A stretch of DNA of 64,000 nucleotides, taken from positions 1-64,000 of the forward strand of contig JBHLPH010000001.1 of assembly GCA_048939625.1 (NCBI GenBank), written 5' to 3'. Below the pieces are notes generated by a model. That model did not search any database. It was not told the DNA's origin and saw only the letters and a list, made by a program, of their open reading frames with translations. Source of the stretch: Promethearchaeota archaeon (GTDB taxonomy: Archaea > Asgardarchaeota > Hermodarchaeia > Hermodarchaeales > Hermodarchaeaceae). This document shows, piece after piece, positions 59,226-64,000 of this stretch (the first letter of the stretch is position 1; each line of letters opens with the position of its first letter). The translations under genes and the position numbers were made by a program.

Positions 59226-60164
59226 CTATTTTGGAGTACGCCGAGTGAGGGAATGGACTTCGCAGGTTCGGTTTTTGCATTCTGTGCATTCAGAGCTTTG
59301 GTGAACCCAATATTGGTCAAAGCGTTGGATGAATTGTGTGACGAATTCGAGGTTATTGGTCCAGGTGGCTTGCTCGCCGATCCCGGATAGCCCCTTGGCT
59401 GTGAAGTTTGCACTCCCTTCTAGAACCTCTGAATCGTCAATAATGACAGATTTGATGTGCATTTGTGCACAGACAAGAATTTCAATCGATGGAGCTTCTT
59501 GAAGAAGTTTCTCGACGGCTTCTTGGAAGTGCTTGGATGCAGCCCCAAATGCTTCTGGTTCACGAATGATGATTCGAATTTGAACACCTTGGTTAGCTTT
59601 TGTGATTAAGCGGTCGAGGAGGTTTACGTCACAGGATTCCGTTCCAACAGTCACTGTTTTGACATCTGTAAAGTTTTGAACCATGATCCGAATACTTTGA
59701 ATTGCCCGATCTAACATCTCCACTAGGGTGAAGGCAATTGAGATCCCATTAAGGAGTTGATGCTGCATAACTTCTGAACCAGTAGAGGAGGGAAGCGAAG
59801 TTTTTTCATCAGTTAATTCGATTTCTTCGACAGTGTCTGTTTCTGGAGATTCAACTGCTTTTTCAACAGCAGATGCAGCTGGAAGGAGATTTTCGTCGTC
59901 TGGAAAAAAACTGTCAAGGGAGTCAACCATGTGTAATGGGAGGGGTTCTTCACGCCTTAGCGCTTTGGTTATTTCAACGAGACTTCGGGCCCTCTGATAT
60001 GCAAGTTTGGACGCTGAACCTGTAGAATGTTTAGCAAGTTCATTAAACGCTTCGGCAGCCTTTAGAGCAGCGTTGGAGGCTCGTTGAAAATCGCCTTGAC
60101 TCATGAACTTGCGGATCAATTGGAGTGCTTCTTTTGCAACGCGTCCAAGTCGGGCCGTGCTCAT
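59226..60164 (-). CDS. Single-HKD phospholipase D/nuclease domain protein with an N-terminal MIT-like helical bundle
   Basis: HIKSVIID + GSANFT..G; three amphipathic N-terminal helices; acidic linker; C-terminal CxxC...C..H. Confidence 0.8.
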   Translation of the reverse strand: MSTARLGRVAKEALQLIRKFMSQGDFQRASNAALKAAEAFNELAKHSTGSASKLAYQRARSLVEITKALRREEPLPLHMVDSLDSFFPDDENLLPAASAVEKAVESPETDTVEEIELTDEKTSLPSSTGSEVMQHQLLNGISIAFTLVEMLDRAIQSIRIMVQNFTDVKTVTVGTESCDVNLLDRLITKANQGVQIRIIIREPEAFGAASKHFQEAVEKLLQEAPSIEILVCAQMHIKSVIIDDSEVLEGSANFTAKGLSGIGEQATWTNNLEFVTQFIQRFDQYWVHQSSECTECKNRTCEVHSLTRRTPK

Positions 60165-60436
60165 CTTCTAGCCCCATAATTTTGTTCATTTTAGCTACAC
60201 GTCCGAGCCATAAGAAGTTTAGGAACTGGACGCTAATCGGGTGTCAGGGTTGAGGAGACCAGGCCTTTTTTCGTCAGTCAAACTTCACAAGACCCTTCGT
60301 GCAAAACACATTGTTTTCGTGAATTGTCTACGTGGAACTATGTCAAGAAGAATTAAAATTATCGTGAGCGTTTAGTATTCGAATTTGAATGTCGTGTTTT
60401 GTAACAAGGATATTGTGTTTTACACACATTTTCGTT

Positions 60437-60937
60437 TCACTCTAAAAATAAGAGAAGAACAACAGCTCCAAATCCCAGTCCAAATAGTAGACTGCCAAGT
60501 GTTGTGTAGGACTTCAATTCGAAGAGTGCAGGAAGGACAAGGAACGGGAGCGGGATGATGATGGGAACAAGAAGAAGGGTCCAAGCATAGATAAAAGGGC
60601 GAAGAGAATAATTGATGAGAAGAAAGGTAACAGTGAAGACACTGAGTAGACATATACTGGAATTGAACCGGTGATTGCCCTGCTTAGAGGAAGATTGGGC
60701 TAAATCAGTGAGAAGGAGTCTAGAGAGTTGTGGATCGAAATCTGAAATGGGTTGGTCCGTTGGGATTTTTTGGCGTGACTGGGATGGATTTTCAATTATT
60801 AGAAAGGATTGATTTTGTAGGGTTTTGGATTTGTGGTGGCTTCGATATTTTCGATAGATTCGCAGAGTGATGATAATCTCAAGAAAAAAGATAAACAGAA
60901 TCACCATTGTGAGTAGCGAGGAGCAGTTAAGGTTCAC
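60437..60937 (-). CDS. Small membrane protein
   Basis: GTG start behind GGTGAT, overlapping the upstream stop; about 4 TM. Confidence 0.55.
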   Translation of the reverse strand: MNLNCSSLLTMVILFIFFLEIIITLRIYRKYRSHHKSKTLQNQSFLIIENPSQSRQKIPTDQPISDFDPQLSRLLLTDLAQSSSKQGNHRFNSSICLLSVFTVTFLLINYSLRPFIYAWTLLLVPIIIPLPFLVLPALFELKSYTTLGSLLFGLGFGAVVLLLFLE

Positions 60938-63900
60938 TGTGATCACCTGCTTCCTTCTGTGTGAAAGTTGATTCTGAGAGTATTTTGAATAGCGGTTGAA
61001 TGAGTTCTCTGTTATTACCTTGTAATAGGATATGAAGTTCTTGTCCTTTCTTTTCCCAGGCAAGGACTACGCGGTCATTGGAATAGCGGTTCTTGCCACT
61101 CTTAGTTAATTCTAACTTCTGGATAACCTGCGCTAGTTCGTGCTTTATTTGAGGAGTAAGGCGGAATTGGTGTTCGGCATCATCTTTACTTGTTCCCCAA
61201 TGAATTTGCATTCCCTGATCTCCCGGGAGAACGAACCGGGGAGATTGAGAGGTATTAGCCTGGTTTTGGTGCTGAGAACGTTTTCCATTTCTTAACCAGC
61301 AAATCCCAATAATACAGAGTGCGATTAGAAATGCAGGAGGTAGCAGAGTGAGAATGGTGTTCACTGTGGAATAGCCAACATAAATTGGACTTTCAACAGC
61401 AAGGATTCGTTGGTCACTCGAGTACAGAGCGAGGGATAATGAACGAATGCCGGTATCCATGATTGCCGTGGGGACATATTGGAGTTGGAGGATGATTGAT
61501 CGGGTCGTGTTACTTTGGACGATGACTTGGGTGAATCCCAAGAAATTCGAATCTGCCATAATGTCAAAGATACGGGTTTGGGTTCCTAAGTTGGTGAGAT
61601 TCACCATGACTGAGAAAAGTTGATTCTGCAGGGTAGATTCGGGCTTTTCAAGAACTGTAAGGATGAAGGCAGGTTCAACAATGAGGGGAACGTGGTCGGC
61701 CAGTAAGAGTAGTGAGGAAGTTGAAATCTGGAGAGAGAGGTTATAAGTGCGTGGTGTGCAGCTTGGCTGTATTTCAAGTGTAATATGAAAGACGTTTTCA
61801 CCTGGAATGAGTAAGAGATTGGGTATAGATGTGAATCCAACCTCTTCAGCACTGAGACTGAGGTTTACGTATACTGTGGACATCCAAGAGGAGTTAATTT
61901 TACAAAAAATTGTGAGAAGTTCACCCTGTGGGATAGATGGAAGATATTCGAGGTGTGCTGAGCATAATGCGCGGGGAACAAAGAGAAACCAACCTTCTAG
62001 CTCCAATGCGGAGTGTGCGTGAATCAAGTAGGGCAGTGGGACTTTTAAAAAGAGTGAGACAGACGCAACCCCTGAACCATTTGTGATAACCTGGAATTCC
62101 ATTGAGGTCCCTTGGACTGTCAGGTTGAGGTGGACTAGTTGATCTGTAAGACCCGTCCAATTGGTGAAATCGCCAACGAATATATAGAGTGTTAGAGTCC
62201 TTCCTACGACTGGTTCTTGTTGGTCGAGTCCTAGTCCGATTCCCATCATTTTATGTTCAATAAGCCAGGCTAGTCCGTTTTCGGCAATTGTCTGTACAGT
62301 TGGGGTGTTTGGTAAATTGGGCCCTAAGAAAAGAACCGGAATCGATGTTAATGCCGGAGGAAAATAAGCTAGCGATGACCAGATTGTATTCCCTACTAAG
62401 ACGAGACTTGAGTTGTGGACTGAAACTGCGTGAACAGTTGAGCAATTTCGGAATAACTGGGCAGCTGCACCATTAAGGAGTGAAGAACTCTGTATGACCG
62501 GGTGAAATACTTTGAGCCCATTCACTGTTAGCAGATTCGCACCAAGATCTGTAAAGGTGAGATGTGCAGAATGGTGTAAAAATAAAGCACCCCCCTTACC
62601 CAAAGCAAGGAGAGGAAGGGAATGTCGTGTTAAGTGTAGAATCATTGCATCATTAGTGAAGACTAAAGGATCAATGATTAGGGCTTGATATTTTCCCAGT
62701 CGTGGGTCTAAGTAATCAGTGATTGTAATGTTTGCGATTTCCTTGAAAACCGGAACCCAATCCGCTGATTTATTCGGAGGTGTGGGAGGCAGATCAAAGA
62801 CAAAATCGAAAACAAGACCAAGGATTAGTTGAGTCGTATTTATGAGGTTAATGAGCTTGCAGTGTGACACTCCATCATAGAGAGAATGTTTGTATGGATC
62901 CGGATATTGATTAGTTGATATAGTGATAGCAGGAATTCCATTGGTATGAAAGGTCCATTCGGAGATGCACCAACCAAAATCGTGGTGGAGGTCCTCAATG
63001 GTTTCAATTCGTGGAGTTTGCGTATCGACTAGTGGAATGTTCAGATTCACTGATGTTTCGAGAAGGCTTTGCTGAAGAGGGGAAACATAATCACCGGAAA
63101 AATAGTATAGGGCAAGGATGGTGGGCCAGACGAGCCCAGCATATGCAATTTCATCGATATTTAAGATAAATGCTGTTGATGGGTTGATGCCTAGCGTGAG
63201 AAGACCATGAGAGAGGAGTTGGTTTGAGCCCCATAAGGATTGGGTCCCGTTTCCTTCTTCACCCCCTAAAAATGCAAATAACACATTCCACTTATTGAAG
63301 GATCCAGGGCAGGCAACAAGGATATGTAAGGCTTCAAGTAGGGTTGCAATCCCAGCAGCATTATCATTAGCCCCATGAGCGATGGTGGTTGATAGACCTA
63401 GCAAGTCATACCGGGCAGAATCGAGGTGACAAGTGATTATTATTGTGGAGGCCGAGGTATTAATGCTCCAGGGAGTAACATAGAGATTCCGTGTCCAGAA
63501 ATTCTGGTAGATGAATGTAGTTCCTGTCCATGTGGCTTTAGGGATGCAAAACCAGTCACTAACGAATGAAGTTCCAATCGACATTAGATATGATGCAATA
63601 AAATCAATTGAAGCATTTGCATCCGGATGGAAGGGATGTCTACTATTATATCCAGCAAGGAAAGTGAGAAGACCCATTAGACGTGTCGAATTTACGCAAG
63701 TGGCCATTTCTCGTTGCCAGTAGGCTAGACTTGAACTATTGGTCAGATAAGCGACGGATGGAGGGGACAATACGGGTGGAGAAACAGAGCAGGAATTCAG
63801 AGAGGGCAGAGCCGCGACTTGTGACCAAGCATTAGGGGTTGTAAGAGACACAGAAAAACACGGTTCTGTGAAAGGTAGCATTGAGGTGATACTACTAAGC

Positions 63901-63944
63901 AGCAGACAAATGAATACCAGCGAAAGAACTGTGACTCGCCTCAT
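60927..63944 (-). CDS. Large secreted M28 metallopeptidase with Ig-like domains and a C-terminal TM anchor
   Basis: CHLDS, GANDNAAG, GEEG, NIDEI, YKHS..D; beta-rich repeats; TM then cytoplasmic tail. Confidence 0.85.
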   Translation of the reverse strand: MRRVTVLSLVFICLLLSSITSMLPFTEPCFSVSLTTPNAWSQVAALPSLNSCSVSPPVLSPPSVAYLTNSSSLAYWQREMATCVNSTRLMGLLTFLAGYNSRHPFHPDANASIDFIASYLMSIGTSFVSDWFCIPKATWTGTTFIYQNFWTRNLYVTPWSINTSASTIIITCHLDSARYDLLGLSTTIAHGANDNAAGIATLLEALHILVACPGSFNKWNVLFAFLGGEEGNGTQSLWGSNQLLSHGLLTLGINPSTAFILNIDEIAYAGLVWPTILALYYFSGDYVSPLQQSLLETSVNLNIPLVDTQTPRIETIEDLHHDFGWCISEWTFHTNGIPAITISTNQYPDPYKHSLYDGVSHCKLINLINTTQLILGLVFDFVFDLPPTPPNKSADWVPVFKEIANITITDYLDPRLGKYQALIIDPLVFTNDAMILHLTRHSLPLLALGKGGALFLHHSAHLTFTDLGANLLTVNGLKVFHPVIQSSSLLNGAAAQLFRNCSTVHAVSVHNSSLVLVGNTIWSSLAYFPPALTSIPVLFLGPNLPNTPTVQTIAENGLAWLIEHKMMGIGLGLDQQEPVVGRTLTLYIFVGDFTNWTGLTDQLVHLNLTVQGTSMEFQVITNGSGVASVSLFLKVPLPYLIHAHSALELEGWFLFVPRALCSAHLEYLPSIPQGELLTIFCKINSSWMSTVYVNLSLSAEEVGFTSIPNLLLIPGENVFHITLEIQPSCTPRTYNLSLQISTSSLLLLADHVPLIVEPAFILTVLEKPESTLQNQLFSVMVNLTNLGTQTRIFDIMADSNFLGFTQVIVQSNTTRSIILQLQYVPTAIMDTGIRSLSLALYSSDQRILAVESPIYVGYSTVNTILTLLPPAFLIALCIIGICWLRNGKRSQHQNQANTSQSPRFVLPGDQGMQIHWGTSKDDAEHQFRLTPQIKHELAQVIQKLELTKSGKNRYSNDRVVLAWEKKGQELHILLQGNNRELIQPLFKILSESTFTQKEAGDHSEP

Positions 63945-64000
63945 GGGTTCTTCGCTACCCTGGCGAAATTTGGTTCGTTTATATGCGTTATGGTGAGCAA

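Noticed and set aside
1-64000. tRNA, rRNA, CRISPR arrays, transposases, integrases, inteins
   Set aside because: None recognised by eye; RadA, PolB and Top6 lengths leave no room for inteins; a covariance-model scan is still advisable

Overview
Gene-dense archaeal chromosomal segment (about 58 CDS; no rRNA, tRNA, CRISPR or transposase seen). It is most consistent with an Asgard archaeon, but the lineage cannot be fixed from this window. Eukaryote-like content: three Rab-like small GTPases, a roadblock/LC7 protein, a longin + DENN-like protein, an alpha-SNAP-like helical protein, a presenilin-like GxGD protease, a candidate MIT + PLD protein (MITD1-like architecture), a short histone, and a topoisomerase VI whose A subunit resembles plant SPO11-3. 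DNA repair content: radA, a Walker-A-less RadA paralogue, a Holliday-junction-resolvase-like nuclease, a stand-alone LigD phosphoesterase, and a PolB1-type polymerase that has lost its proofreading domain and has a rewritten motif B. The rest looks like a peptide/amino-acid fermenter toolkit (peptide ABC binding protein, M20 and M28 peptidases, two membrane-anchored SxxK hydrolases, aminotransferases, tungsten AOR) plus hemerythrin/ferritin genes. Non-coding features include a strongly paired ~157-nt inverted-repeat element at 32204-32360, several structured leaders and hairpin + U-tract terminators. All family assignments come from motif reading and remembered reference sequences, not database searches.
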